A stretch of 64,000 nucleotides of DNA from an uncultured Verrucomicrobiae bacterium (GTDB lineage: Bacteria > Verrucomicrobiota > Verrucomicrobiia > Limisphaerales > Palsa-1400), in assembly GCA_963702845.1 (NCBI GenBank), contig OY969763.1:1600001-1664000 (forward strand). The letters run 5' to 3'. The first letter of the stretch is position 1; each line of letters starts with the position of its first letter. The translations under genes and the position numbers were made by a program. This document shows positions 49,194-59,790 of this stretch, one piece after another. Under the pieces are notes generated by a model. It searched no databases, had not been told where the DNA came from, and was given only the letters and a program-made list of their open reading frames with translations.

Positions 49194-52100
49194 ATGAACC
49201 TCGTTTCCCCCGCGATGCGTCGCCCGATCACCACATTGGTGATCATTCTGGGGGTCTGCCTGGGAGGTGTGCTGGCCTGGCGACAAATGGCGCGGGATAT
49301 TTTTCCGCCGCTCGGGGTTCCAACAATTTACGTGGCGCAGCCCTACGGAGGAATGGACCCGGCGCAGATGGAGGGGTATCTCACGTATTATTACGAGTAC
49401 CACTTTCTTTACATCACGGGCATCGAACACGTTGAATCGAAGTCCATTCAGGGTGCGGCGATCATCAAACTGCAATTTCACCCCGACATGGATATGTCGC
49501 AGGCGATGGCGGAAACGATTTCGTATGTGAATCGCGCCCGTGCGTTCATGCCGCCTGGAACGGTGCCGCCGTTCGTAATGCGCTTCGATGCTGGAAGCGT
49601 GCCGGTTGGACAACTCGTGTTTTCGAGCGAAACGAAGACTGTTGGACAAATGCAGGACGCAGCGTTGAATTTGGTGCGTCCGTTGTTTGCGACTTTGCCT
49701 GGTGTCTCGGCGCCGCCGCCTTTTGGTGGCAGTGCTCGTTCGATCGTCGTCAATCTGAAGCCGGATCGGTTGCGTGCATATAATATGTCGCCCGACGAAG
49801 TCGTCGGAGCCATCTCAACGGCTAACACGATCAGCCCGTCCGGCAACATGCGTTTGCAGGACAAATATCCAATGGTTCCTGCCAATGCGGTTGCGAAAAA
49901 TTTTAAAGATCTCGAAACTGTCCCGATTCGCACGGGGACGTTCCCAACTGTTTTCGTTCGCGACGTCGGTGAAGTGATCGATGGGTCTGACATCGTCACG
50001 AGTATCGCTCTGGTGAACGGGCGTCGCACGGTTTACATCCCGGTGACGAAGCGTTCGGATGCGTCCACGTTGTCGGTTGTCGAGCTGGTTAAAAAGAACC
50101 TGCCTAAGTTTCAGAGCGTTTTGCCGGACGACGTGAAGGTCAGCTATGAGTTCGATCAATCGCCGTATGTGACGCGCGCGATTGATTCGCTGCTGCGCGA
50201 AGGTTTGCTCGGCGCAATTCTGACAGGGGTGATGGTGTTGTTGTTTTTGCGTGATTGGCGAAGCGCATTGATTGTTGTGCTCAACATTCCGATTTCGCTG
50301 ATTGCAGCGTTGTGCGCGCTTTCGATTACGAAACAGAACATCAACCTGATGACGCTGGGTGGTTTGGCGCTAGCGGTCGGCATCCTTGTTGACGAAGCGA
50401 CTGTCACAATTGAGAACATCCACACGCACAGGGCGAACGGAGAACCGCTCGCGCACGCTGCTTTCAACGCAACCAACGAAACGGCCATTCCGCGCTTTCT
50501 TGCGATGCTCTGCGTGCTCGCCGTTTTCATCCCGGCATTTTTCATGGTGGGTGCGGCGAAGGCGTTGTTTGTTCCATTATCGCTCGCGGTCGGGTTCTCG
50601 ATGATTGCGTCGTTTTTGCTCTCCAGTTCGCTCGTGCCGATTTTGTCGGTGTGGGTTGGGAACAAATCGAGCGGCGAACACAAGCCAGGTGCGTTTGCGA
50701 GATTCCAAAGTGGTTATGCCCGCGTTGCGCGAGGTCTTGTGCGCGTGCGTTGGATTATTATGTTGGTCTATTTGTTGGTCGCGGCCGCGGTAATTTATTT
50801 TGTTGGTGGCGGGCTCGGCACTGAAATCTTTCCTCGAGTCGAAGCCGGCCAATTACAGCTAAGACTGCGCGGGCCAACCGGAACGCTGGTCGAAAAAACT
50901 GAAACCACAGCGCTGGCGGTGCTAAACAGCATCAAGGAGGAAGTCGGGGCCACGAATATCGAAACGACGATCGGCCTGCTTGGCGTTCACAGTTCAGCTT
51001 ATCCGGTCAATTTCATCCACCTTTGGAATAGCGGTCCCGAAGAAGGCGTGCTCCAGGTGCAATTCAACCGCGGTTCAGGAATTCAAAGCGAACAATTAAA
51101 AGAAAATCTTCGCGCAAAATTTGCGAGGGAATTTCCTGATGTTACGTTTTCCTTTGAACCCGCCGACATCGTCAGTCGCGTGATGAGCATGGGCGCGAGC
51201 ACCCCGATTGAAGTCGCGGTGAGTGGTCCAAACCTCGTCGCCAGCCGAGAATACGCGGAGAAAATCAGGGAGCAACTGGTGAAAATCCCGGCGTTGCGCG
51301 ATATCCGTTTCGCTCAGGCGCTCGATTATCCGACGGTGGAAGTTGCGATCGATCGGGAACGTGCCGGGCTGATTGGTGTGAAGACGGCCGATGCGACTCG
51401 CTCGCTTGTGGAGGCTACTACTTCAAGTCGTTTCACCGTGCCGAATTATTGGGCGGATCCGAACACCGGTGTCAGTTACCTGCTTCAAGTGCAAATTCCG
51501 CAGGACAAGATGACGTCGATCGAGGATTTGAAGAACGTTCCGGTCATCGGCAAGAACGGCCAGCCGGTGCTCTTGCGGTCAGTAGCAAATATCACCAGCG
51601 GCACGGCTGTTGGTGAATACGACCGCTACAACATGCAACGGATGATTACACTGACCGCAAACCTGCATGACTCGGATCTCGGAACGGTGGCGCGCCAGAT
51701 CAATGCTGCGTTGCAAAAAGTCGGTAATCCACCCCCGAAATCGCGCGTCGATGTGCGCGGTCAAACTGTTCCGTTGGAACAAATGTTGAGCGGATTGCAA
51801 ACCGGATTGCTGCTCGCAATCGTCGTTATTTTTCTACTGCTTGCGGCGTATTTCGAATCGGTGTTGCTGGCTCTGATTGTTATTTCGACAATTCCCGCAG
51901 TGGTCGCCGGAGTGGCGCTGAGCCTTTGGCTGACGGGCACGACGATCAATATCCAATCATTTATGGGCGCAATTATGGCGGTGGGCGTTGCCGTCGCTAA
52001 CGCAATCCTGCTTGTGACATTCGCTGAACGTGCTCGCGTGGGTGGCGCTGATTCGAATGCAGCCGCTGTTGAAGGCGCCAGCAGTCGTTTGCGGCCGATT

Positions 52101-52340
52101 CTCATGACGAGTCTGGCGATGATTGCGGGTATGTTGCCGATGGCGCTTGGGATTGGCGAAGGATCCGAACAAACAGCGCCGCTGGGTCGCGCGGTTATTG
52201 GCGGGTTGATTGCCGGGACGATTGCGACCTTGCTCGTATTGTCGTCGGTATTCAGCATCATGCGCGCGCGGAGCAGTCGAAAATCAAATTCTTTGGATCC
52301 GAATGATCCGCAAAGCGGTTATGCCGCAGTTCGATCATGA
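49194..52340 (+). CDS. RND efflux permease (AcrB/AcrD/AcrF family)
   Basis: 1048 aa; NLMTLGGLALAVGILVDEA and RLRPILMTSLAMIAGMLP. Confidence 0.95.
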   Translation: MNLVSPAMRRPITTLVIILGVCLGGVLAWRQMARDIFPPLGVPTIYVAQPYGGMDPAQMEGYLTYYYEYHFLYITGIEHVESKSIQGAAIIKLQFHPDMDMSQAMAETISYVNRARAFMPPGTVPPFVMRFDAGSVPVGQLVFSSETKTVGQMQDAALNLVRPLFATLPGVSAPPPFGGSARSIVVNLKPDRLRAYNMSPDEVVGAISTANTISPSGNMRLQDKYPMVPANAVAKNFKDLETVPIRTGTFPTVFVRDVGEVIDGSDIVTSIALVNGRRTVYIPVTKRSDASTLSVVELVKKNLPKFQSVLPDDVKVSYEFDQSPYVTRAIDSLLREGLLGAILTGVMVLLFLRDWRSALIVVLNIPISLIAALCALSITKQNINLMTLGGLALAVGILVDEATVTIENIHTHRANGEPLAHAAFNATNETAIPRFLAMLCVLAVFIPAFFMVGAAKALFVPLSLAVGFSMIASFLLSSSLVPILSVWVGNKSSGEHKPGAFARFQSGYARVARGLVRVRWIIMLVYLLVAAAVIYFVGGGLGTEIFPRVEAGQLQLRLRGPTGTLVEKTETTALAVLNSIKEEVGATNIETTIGLLGVHSSAYPVNFIHLWNSGPEEGVLQVQFNRGSGIQSEQLKENLRAKFAREFPDVTFSFEPADIVSRVMSMGASTPIEVAVSGPNLVASREYAEKIREQLVKIPALRDIRFAQALDYPTVEVAIDRERAGLIGVKTADATRSLVEATTSSRFTVPNYWADPNTGVSYLLQVQIPQDKMTSIEDLKNVPVIGKNGQPVLLRSVANITSGTAVGEYDRYNMQRMITLTANLHDSDLGTVARQINAALQKVGNPPPKSRVDVRGQTVPLEQMLSGLQTGLLLAIVVIFLLLAAYFESVLLALIVISTIPAVVAGVALSLWLTGTTINIQSFMGAIMAVGVAVANAILLVTFAERARVGGADSNAAAVEGASSRLRPILMTSLAMIAGMLPMALGIGEGSEQTAPLGRAVIGGLIAGTIATLLVLSSVFSIMRARSSRKSNSLDPNDPQSGYAAVRS

Positions 52341-53419
52341 AACTTGAACGTTCACTAATCAAAATCACGCTACGAATTGTTGCGGTGTTATACGTAGCGG
52401 CTGTGTTTGGCTGCAAACCCGAGGCGCCCGTTACAACCAAAAAGGCTGAGCCACCCGTCACAGTAAAACTCGTTAAAACCAGCAAAGGCGATATCGCTCG
52501 TTCTGTGTCGCTGCCCGCTCTTATCGTCGCGAATCAGCACGCAATCCTTTATTCCAAAGCCACTGGATACGTGAAAAGAATTGCAGTCGACAAGGGAGAT
52601 CAGGTCAAAGAAGGCGATGTTCTTGCCGAATTGGAAGTGCCCGAACTGACTGCTGATGCGGCGCGATACAAAGCCGATGCTCAAATTGCGAATCTTGATT
52701 TTCAACGCGCATCTGACGCGCAGAAAAAGGCGCCAGACTTGATTCCAGCGCAAACAATCGACACTGCCAAAGCGAAATCAGAAAGCGCGAAAGCAAATCT
52801 CGAACGCGCGGAGACGTTGTTAAGCTATACGAAAATCACTGCTCCGTTCGCTGGAACTGTTACCCGACGATTCGTCGATCCGGGAGCGTTTGTGCCTGCG
52901 GCGACCGGCAGCAGCCCTGCGTCGAGCGCGGCGGTGGTGACTCTGGATGACTTCAATGTCGTTCGCGTGCAAATCCACGTTCCTGAAGCTGAAGTTCCTT
53001 TGATCCGGACCGGGTTGCCGGTGAAGACGTCGTTCGATGAATTGCCCAACAAAGTTTTTCCGGGAGAAATTACGCGTTCGTCGCAAGCTCTGGACGAATC
53101 AACACGGACGATGCTCGTGGAAGTGGATTTGAAAAACGACAACGGCCCGCTGCGTCCTGGAATGTTTGCTGCGGCGAAGATTGCAATTGAAAAGCATACG
53201 AACACTTCGCTCGCACCGATTGAAGCAGTGATGGTTGAAAAATCCGGATCGTCCATTTTTGTCGTGGCTGATGGTGTCGCGAAAAAGATTCCGGTGAAGA
53301 CCGGGTTTAACGACGGGCAGAATGTTGAAATCTTAGACCCGCCTTCGCCGCCCGCAGAGATCATCGCTGTTGGTAAAACGGTTTTGGCAACTGGTCAGGC
53401 GGTCACTGTTACTCAATGA
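52337..53419 (+). CDS. RND periplasmic adaptor (MFP), lipoprotein
   Basis: VFGC lipobox, VDKGDQVKEGD, ITAPFAG and LRPGMF. Confidence 0.93.
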   Translation: MKLERSLIKITLRIVAVLYVAAVFGCKPEAPVTTKKAEPPVTVKLVKTSKGDIARSVSLPALIVANQHAILYSKATGYVKRIAVDKGDQVKEGDVLAELEVPELTADAARYKADAQIANLDFQRASDAQKKAPDLIPAQTIDTAKAKSESAKANLERAETLLSYTKITAPFAGTVTRRFVDPGAFVPAATGSSPASSAAVVTLDDFNVVRVQIHVPEAEVPLIRTGLPVKTSFDELPNKVFPGEITRSSQALDESTRTMLVEVDLKNDNGPLRPGMFAAAKIAIEKHTNTSLAPIEAVMVEKSGSSIFVVADGVAKKIPVKTGFNDGQNVEILDPPSPPAEIIAVGKTVLATGQAVTVTQ

Positions 53420-54777
53420 AAGCTTTTCAACGAAGAGACGCAAAGAGCGCAGAGACTCGCAGAGCGGAGTTTGGATTTGTTTCATTTCTGTGCGTCTCCT
53501 TTTTTGTATGGTTATTCATCGGATTTACCGCTGAAGCTCAAACTAACGCCATCAATCTCGAAGCCGTTCTGCGCCTCGCGAAAGCGCGGAACCTTGATGT
53601 CCAAATCGCTCGTGCCCGACTGGCTGAAGCCAAGGCAATCCACGAGTCGGCTCGCGCACAATTCTTTCCGTGGCTTTCGCCCGGCATCAGTTATCGCCGG
53701 CACGACAACCTGATTCAGGACGTTTCCGGAACCATTATCGACGTTCACAAACAATCCTACTCACCGGGAGCGACGCTTGGTCTACAGCTCGATATTGGGG
53801 ATGCGCTTTTCAAATCGCTCGTGACGAAACAGCAGGCCGAAGCCGCCGCGCATTTCACGGAGGGTCAACGTCAGGCCATAGTTTTCATCGCCGCCCAGAA
53901 CTATTTTGATTTGCTCTTTGCTCAAGCCGCCGTTCACGTCGCCGAGCAGGCGAGTAATATTTCGACCAATTACGTATCGCAAATCACCCGAGCGGTCGAA
54001 GCGGGCCTTGCGTTCAAGGGCGACCAACTTCGGGTGCGTGTGCAGTCTGAAAATGATCAGGTTGCGCTCCGTCGCGCCCGCGAAGGGCAACGCCTCGCCG
54101 CCGCGCAACTTGCCCAAACTCTCCACCTCGACGCCACTGTCGAATTGTTTGGCGACGAAAGTGAATTAGTCCCTGTCGTGATCACTGAAACCAACGCCGC
54201 TCTGGGGTCACTGGTTCAGCAAGCGCTTGCCGCTCGTCCGGAAATCAAACAGAGCAAAGCCACCATTGCCGCGGCAACCCAGGAGAAAAAAGGTGCGACT
54301 TTCGGCCCGCTCATTCCTTCATTGGGCGCACAAGTGTTTGGAGGCGCGCTCGGTGGCGACAGCGACGCCGGCCCGTCCCGTTTCGGTGGGCAGGAAGATG
54401 TCTTTGCCAGCTTGAGCTGGAAGATTGGTCCCGGTGGCCTGTTTGATTTCAGCCGAGAACGCACCGCGCAAGCGCGCCTCGACACCGCAAAACTTTCCTC
54501 TGCCAAAACCGCCGATCAAGTTGCGCGCGAAGTTGTAGATGCCGCTGTTCGCGTGCAATCGCTGAACGAGCAGCTTGGTTCGGCTCAACGCGCCGTCGAA
54601 GCGTCTGAAGAAGGTTTGCGCCTCACGCAGCTCCGCAAAGAATTTGCCGTCGGTATCGTTCTCGAAAATATTCAGGCCGAACAGGACCTGACGCGCGCCC
54701 GCGCCGATTATCTCAGGACAATCGCCAATCTCGACAAAGCGCAATACGCCTTGCGATACGCTCTCGGTAAGTTGTAG
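53416..54777 (+). CDS. TolC-family outer-membrane channel
   Basis: Outer-membrane efflux protein helical repeats (ARAQFFP, ALAARPEI, YALRYALG); in an operon with the RND genes. Confidence 0.9.
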   Translation: MKAFQRRDAKSAETRRAEFGFVSFLCVSFFVWLFIGFTAEAQTNAINLEAVLRLAKARNLDVQIARARLAEAKAIHESARAQFFPWLSPGISYRRHDNLIQDVSGTIIDVHKQSYSPGATLGLQLDIGDALFKSLVTKQQAEAAAHFTEGQRQAIVFIAAQNYFDLLFAQAAVHVAEQASNISTNYVSQITRAVEAGLAFKGDQLRVRVQSENDQVALRRAREGQRLAAAQLAQTLHLDATVELFGDESELVPVVITETNAALGSLVQQALAARPEIKQSKATIAAATQEKKGATFGPLIPSLGAQVFGGALGGDSDAGPSRFGGQEDVFASLSWKIGPGGLFDFSRERTAQARLDTAKLSSAKTADQVAREVVDAAVRVQSLNEQLGSAQRAVEASEEGLRLTQLRKEFAVGIVLENIQAEQDLTRARADYLRTIANLDKAQYALRYALGKL

Positions 54778-54787
54778 GTTGCGCGAT

Positions 54788-55927
54788 ATGTTGAAGCGCA
54801 CACCACTTTACAGCGCGCACCAAAAACTCGGCGCGCGGCTCATCGAATTCGGCGGTTGGGAAATGCCGGTGCAATACACCAGCATCATCGATGAACATCA
54901 GGCTGTGCGCGCGGCTGCGGGCATTTTCGATATCGCACACATGGGCGAAGTTCTCGTGAATGGCCCGGGCGCAGCGGAGTTTCTCAATGGCATCCTGACG
55001 AACGATATTCGCAAGCTCGAACCAGGTCTCGGCCAATACACAATTTTGTGCAACGAGCAGGGTGGGGCGGTGGACGACCTGTATGCTTATCGTTTGTCCG
55101 AAAACGAATATCTCCTCATCATTAACGCGTCGCGAATCGACAATGACGTGCCGTGGATGCAGCAGCAACTCGCGAAATTTGCAAACAGCTCGAATGTGAA
55201 ACTGGAAAACGTTTGCGACATTACCGCTGCGATCGCGGTGCAGGGGCCGCGCGTGAAAGAGTTTATTGACCAATGCTTCCCAGGTAATTCGCTCGGTGGC
55301 ACGAAGGTTTCGAAAGCAAGCGAATTGAAAAAGAATCAGATCGCAAAGTATTCATGGGGTGCCGAAAAAAGCAGCGTTTGGGTTGCTCGCACCGGCTACA
55401 CCGGCGAAGACGGTTTTGAAATCGTTGCGCCGTCCAATATTATTGAATCGATTTGGGATCGAATCCTCGAAGCCGGCAAAACGGTCGGAATCAAACCCGC
55501 CGGTCTCGGCGCGCGCGACACGTTGCGCACTGAAGTTTGTTATCCACTTTACGGTCACGAACTCGACGAGTATACAACGCCAATTGATGCGGGCGTCGGC
55601 TTTTTCGTCGCGCTCGAAAAGGGCAACTTCGTTGGCCGCTCCGTTCTTGCTCAACAAAAAGCTGAGGGTGCAAAGAAGAAACTCGTCGCATTCAAAATGT
55701 CCGATAAGAGCGCGCCGCCGCGTCCGCATTATCCTATTTGGAATGGGGACATGAAAATTGGTGAAGTCACCAGCGGGACGCAGAGCCCGTCACTGGGACT
55801 CGGTATCGGTTTAGGCTACGTCACTCCTGAATTCGCAAAAGTTGGCACGGCAATTGAAATTGAAATCCGGGGTCGTCGTTTTCCGGCGCAGGTCGTGCAG
55901 AAACCTATTTATCGCAAACCGGCCTAA
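54788..55927 (+). CDS. gcvT: Glycine cleavage system aminomethyltransferase T
   Basis: LKRTPLY, FGGWEMPVQY, FDIAHMGE, RTGYTGEDGFE and GLGARDTLRTE. Confidence 0.95.
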   Translation: MLKRTPLYSAHQKLGARLIEFGGWEMPVQYTSIIDEHQAVRAAAGIFDIAHMGEVLVNGPGAAEFLNGILTNDIRKLEPGLGQYTILCNEQGGAVDDLYAYRLSENEYLLIINASRIDNDVPWMQQQLAKFANSSNVKLENVCDITAAIAVQGPRVKEFIDQCFPGNSLGGTKVSKASELKKNQIAKYSWGAEKSSVWVARTGYTGEDGFEIVAPSNIIESIWDRILEAGKTVGIKPAGLGARDTLRTEVCYPLYGHELDEYTTPIDAGVGFFVALEKGNFVGRSVLAQQKAEGAKKKLVAFKMSDKSAPPRPHYPIWNGDMKIGEVTSGTQSPSLGLGIGLGYVTPEFAKVGTAIEIEIRGRRFPAQVVQKPIYRKPA

Positions 55928-57546
55928 GTTTTTGAAAACTGTTCCGTTGCCAATCGTCGAAAGTTGCGGGTCAAGTTGGCTGACGCCCACAGGAAAACGA
56001 TGGCATCGAACAAAAGTGTTCCGAGGGTGACGAATTGAACACGCATACGTTCGACACTCGCGTAAGGGGCACCGCCGCCCACCATCACCCCAAAGCCAGT
56101 CGTCCAGAGGCCGACAAACTGCGCAGTCACGAAGTCGACGAGGACGGGGACGAATAATACCAGGGCTAAGGCTGTAATCATGACGCGAATGCGTCCTCTG
56201 AATTTCAGTCCAAGCCACATTCCGACTCCAATCAACGCCAGCGAATCTGCTATCAAGAAGAGCGGGGTTCGGGTCCCGATGAAGTGCGTTCCTTCAAACC
56301 GCGAAACCATTCGCTGTGTGATTAACCACTCGCTCATTGCGACGGCGAGCACTGGCCATCCGAACAGGTTCCACAACGCCTTTGATTGACCACGCAGCAC
56401 GTCGCGCTGAGTCAGCGGGGTGGAGAGAAGGAATTCGAGAGCGTTGGTTTGCCTGTCTTCGATAAATCTGCGCGTTGCTTCACCCACGATCCAAATCTTC
56501 AAGAACGTGTTGATAATGACGATCGTTGGAATGAGCACATCGGGATCCAACATGTAATTGCCGTATTTCATAACGGCAACACCCCAGATGGCGAACATCG
56601 CAATTGTGAATCCCCAAACGGCGCGCGGTGTCGTTTCGCCCCGCATCGCGAGCCAGTGGTAAGGATTGAAATCCAACAACGCACGTGCGGGTTTCCATTT
56701 GCGAAAACGCACTTTCAGCGGCGCAGAGAAGATGGTTGGCGAGCGTTCGACTTGTTGCCATGAAACGGGCGCTTTGCGCGATGCGCGGATGAGAAGCCAT
56801 GCAATGAGCAGCCAGAGCCAACCTAATGTAATCAAAACGTGACACTGCCAGAACACTCCCGAAAACCCCATCCCCGACATCCTGGGTAGCACGAACACGA
56901 ATGCCATCGAAACGACCGGACTGAAGTTGCCGATCTTCATCGCGGCTTCTTCCGCGAGCATGTCTTGATTCTCCAAAACGGCTGCCGCGAAAATCGGCAG
57001 AAAGCAAATGCCCAACATAGCGAGGACCGCGAAAACCATCGCCTTCCGGTCGTTGTAACTGTGAGTTGAAATAAAAATTCCCAGCGAACACGACAAAGCG
57101 AGCACTGTCAGCAACAGCAATACCACTTTAACAAATTCCATCGGGCCAACACCGCCCATCAAAATCGGCAGGCTTAGAATGGGCACGCTCGCGACCAGTC
57201 CGTAAATGACGGAAACTGAATTGGCGGCTAACTTGCCACAAATGACGTCGTAGCCTTTTAAGTCGGTAAGAAACAACAACCCCAAAGTGCCTTCACGTTT
57301 TTCAGAGCTCATGCAATCAGCGGTTCCGATCAAACCAACGAGTGCTGCGAATGCGAATGCCAGCCATGAGAAGATTTGGAAGAGCAATCGTCCTTGTTCG
57401 GCGGCGCTCGGATTTCGGCTGAGGAATTCAATTTCTGCAAAACCAAACCCGGCAAGCATCAGGACCACGGCAATCAGGCGAGTGCGGTAGGTCGAACGTC
57501 GGCGCGACGCAACGCGCAACTCTCGCTCAACTACGGGAAGAACCAT
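55924..57546 (-). CDS. ABC-2-type permease-like membrane protein
   Basis: PVVERELRVASRR, EKREGTLGLLFLTDL and EFLLSTPL. Confidence 0.85.
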   Translation of the reverse strand: MVLPVVERELRVASRRRSTYRTRLIAVVLMLAGFGFAEIEFLSRNPSAAEQGRLLFQIFSWLAFAFAALVGLIGTADCMSSEKREGTLGLLFLTDLKGYDVICGKLAANSVSVIYGLVASVPILSLPILMGGVGPMEFVKVVLLLLTVLALSCSLGIFISTHSYNDRKAMVFAVLAMLGICFLPIFAAAVLENQDMLAEEAAMKIGNFSPVVSMAFVFVLPRMSGMGFSGVFWQCHVLITLGWLWLLIAWLLIRASRKAPVSWQQVERSPTIFSAPLKVRFRKWKPARALLDFNPYHWLAMRGETTPRAVWGFTIAMFAIWGVAVMKYGNYMLDPDVLIPTIVIINTFLKIWIVGEATRRFIEDRQTNALEFLLSTPLTQRDVLRGQSKALWNLFGWPVLAVAMSEWLITQRMVSRFEGTHFIGTRTPLFLIADSLALIGVGMWLGLKFRGRIRVMITALALVLFVPVLVDFVTAQFVGLWTTGFGVMVGGGAPYASVERMRVQFVTLGTLLFDAIVFLWASANLTRNFRRLATEQFSKT

Positions 57547-57606
57547 GGCAAAGCCAGTTTAGCTCTCTGGCTAATGGTGTGACAAGGGAACTTTAGCAGG
57601 TGTCGA

Positions 57607-58377
57607 TTATGCAATGACCGTGCTAGCGACGACCACTTGCACTCCCTTTTGTTGGAGAGCGCAGACGAGTTCTGTCGGAGCGCCCGCATCGGTCACGATG
57701 GTGTCGATGCAATCGAGGTCGCACAAAAACGAAACGGATTTACGACCGATTTTCGTGCTGTCGAAACAGAAGATGACGCGTTGCGCGGCGCGAATCATGG
57801 CGAGTTGGATTTCGATGAGCAGGCCGTGAGAGTTGGTAATGCCTTCCAACGTGATTCCACCGGCGCTCATGATCGCAACATCGGCGTGAATTTTTGAAAA
57901 CGCTTCAACGGCGAGTGGGCCGACCAGGACACCAAGACGAGGATAGATCACGCCACCGGAGACAACTAACTCCACCCGGTTTGCGGCGGCGAAGTGGTTT
58001 GCGATCGGCAAAGAGTTCGTGATGATCTGCGGCGTTTTCGGTTCAAGATGTCGCGCGACGTGATAAGTCGTTGTGCCAGCGTCGAGGATGACCGTTTCGT
58101 TTGGCTTGATCAGTTCGGCGCAGGCTTTGCCAATCGCTTCTTTTTCGGCGAGTTGACGGGTGTCGCGAAATGAGAAGGTAAATTCTTCCGAAGCAGGATT
58201 CGCTACGCGCGCGCCGCCGTGGGTGCGACGAATTTGGCCGGTGCCTTCCAAGGAATCAAGGTCACGTCGAACGGTCGAAACCGAGGCTTCGACATGTTTT
58301 GCAAGCTCTTCCAGGGACGCGAACTCCACCTTGTGCAGGTAGTCACTTATCCGTTTATGGCGTGCTTCTGCTTGCAT
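57607..58377 (-). CDS. DeoR/GlpR-family regulator of the microcompartment locus
   Basis: SVSTVRRDL..LE, RTHGGA, EKEAIG, LDAGTT, ITNSL and DSTKIG. Confidence 0.94.
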   Translation of the reverse strand: MQAEARHKRISDYLHKVEFASLEELAKHVEASVSTVRRDLDSLEGTGQIRRTHGGARVANPASEEFTFSFRDTRQLAEKEAIGKACAELIKPNETVILDAGTTTYHVARHLEPKTPQIITNSLPIANHFAAANRVELVVSGGVIYPRLGVLVGPLAVEAFSKIHADVAIMSAGGITLEGITNSHGLLIEIQLAMIRAAQRVIFCFDSTKIGRKSVSFLCDLDCIDTIVTDAGAPTELVCALQQKGVQVVVASTVIA

Positions 58378-58380
58378 TTG

Positions 58381-58458
58381 ACTATGTTTTGGCATGTTTT
58401 GATAGATTTTGCAACATTTATGTTGACGTTATGTCAAAAAGTTTCTAAAACATGCCAA
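58381..58458. promoter_or_regulatory. Divergent promoter region with candidate DeoR operators
   Basis: 12-bp inverted repeat TTGGCATGTTTT (58389-58400) / AAAACATGCCAA (58447-58458), plus palindromes CAACAT-TT-ATGTTG and TTGAC-N5-GTCAA. Confidence 0.6.
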
Positions 58459-59141
58459 GTTATATGGTTGCCCCAAATAACACACTTCATCGAGCAGTGG
58501 TGGAACACCACGTTAGACAGGCCGTTTATCAACGGCTTGGCAAGCCCATGCCGCGCACCGCGTCGGCGCCGAACGCTTTAATTGTCAATGTCAGTGCGCG
58601 TCACTGTCATCTTACACAAGAGGTCGTCGAAATTCTTTTTGGCAAAGGTCATAAGCTGACTCCATTCAAGTGGCTTTATCAGGAAGGGCAGTTTGCCGCG
58701 AAAGAGACGCTAACTTTGATCGGGCCACGCAGTCGCGTGATTTCGAATCTTCGTATCCTCGGCCCGTGCCGAAATATCAACCAGGTTGAATTGGCATATA
58801 CCGATGCAATCGCGCTCGGCTTCGATATTCCCTTGCGCAGTTCCGGCGACATTAAAGGAACGATCGGCGGGATGTTGATGGGCCCTGCAGGATTTTTTGA
58901 AATGCCGGACGGCGTTATCCGTGCGATGCGCCATGTTCATATGCATCCGGATGATACGGCGTTCTATGGAGTCAAAGCAGGCGAGCACATGAAATTGAAA
59001 ATCGGCGGCCCGTGCGGGCTGACGCTCGACAAGATGCTCGTGCGTGTTGATCCGTCGTTCAAGTTGGAGGTGCATATCGATACCGATGAAGGTAACGCGT
59101 GCAATCTTCAGCCGAACACTCCATGCGAGCTAATTAAGTAA
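58452..59141 (+). CDS. pduL: PduL-type phosphate acyltransferase
   Basis: NVSARHCHL, RILGPCR..QVEL, RHVHM and HIDTDEGNA, with an N-terminal encapsulation-like helix. Confidence 0.93.
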   Translation: MPSYMVAPNNTLHRAVVEHHVRQAVYQRLGKPMPRTASAPNALIVNVSARHCHLTQEVVEILFGKGHKLTPFKWLYQEGQFAAKETLTLIGPRSRVISNLRILGPCRNINQVELAYTDAIALGFDIPLRSSGDIKGTIGGMLMGPAGFFEMPDGVIRAMRHVHMHPDDTAFYGVKAGEHMKLKIGGPCGLTLDKMLVRVDPSFKLEVHIDTDEGNACNLQPNTPCELIK

Positions 59142-59178
59142 TTTAACAATCACCAACCCCTAAAACAGGAGATATAAA

Positions 59179-59463
59179 ATGCAAGAAGCACTAGGCATGA
59201 TCGAAACGAAGGGTTACGTCGGCAGCGTCGAAGCAAGCGACGCCATGGTTAAAGCCGCCAATGTAACGCTCGTCAAAACAATCCCCATCGGCGGCGGTTT
59301 GATTACCGTTCTCTGCTGCGGCGACGTCGGCAGCGTCAAAGCTGCGGTAGACGCTGGATCCAAGGCAGCCGGAAAAATCGGCGAACTGATCAGTTCCCAC
59401 ATCATCGCGCGTCCGCACGAAGATTTGGTCAAAGGGTTCCTCGATAACGGCGCCAAGAAATAA
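59179..59463 (+). CDS. BMC-H shell protein
   Basis: [38 protein letters not shown]. Confidence 0.96.
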   Translation: MQEALGMIETKGYVGSVEASDAMVKAANVTLVKTIPIGGGLITVLCCGDVGSVKAAVDAGSKAAGKIGELISSHIIARPHEDLVKGFLDNGAKK

Positions 59464-59489
59464 CTTTCAACAATCAACTTTCAAAAATT

Positions 59490-59768
59490 ATGGCCTTACA
59501 AGCATTAGGAATGATCGAAACAAAAGGTCTGTGCGCTTTGCTCGAAGCGATCGACAGCGCCCTGAAGTCCGCCAACGTCCAATTCACGGGTTGGGAAAAA
59601 ATCGGCAGCGGCTATTGCACTGCATTCTTCCGCGGCGACGTCGCAGCGGTGAAAGCGGCAACTGACGCCGGCACAGCAGCAGCTGCGCAAGTCGGCAGCG
59701 TCGTGAGCGTGCAAGTGATTCCGCGCCCGCATGAAGGATTGGTGGCGTTGGGTAAGTGGCTGCAATAA
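59490..59768 (+). CDS. BMC-H shell protein
   Basis: [29 protein letters not shown]. Confidence 0.96.
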   Translation: MALQALGMIETKGLCALLEAIDSALKSANVQFTGWEKIGSGYCTAFFRGDVAAVKAATDAGTAAAAQVGSVVSVQVIPRPHEGLVALGKWLQ

Positions 59769-59790
59769 ACCTGCGGCTCGTAAACCGCCA

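Noticed and set aside
54788..55927. gcvT without gcvH/gcvP
   Set aside because: Dispersed gcv genes are common.
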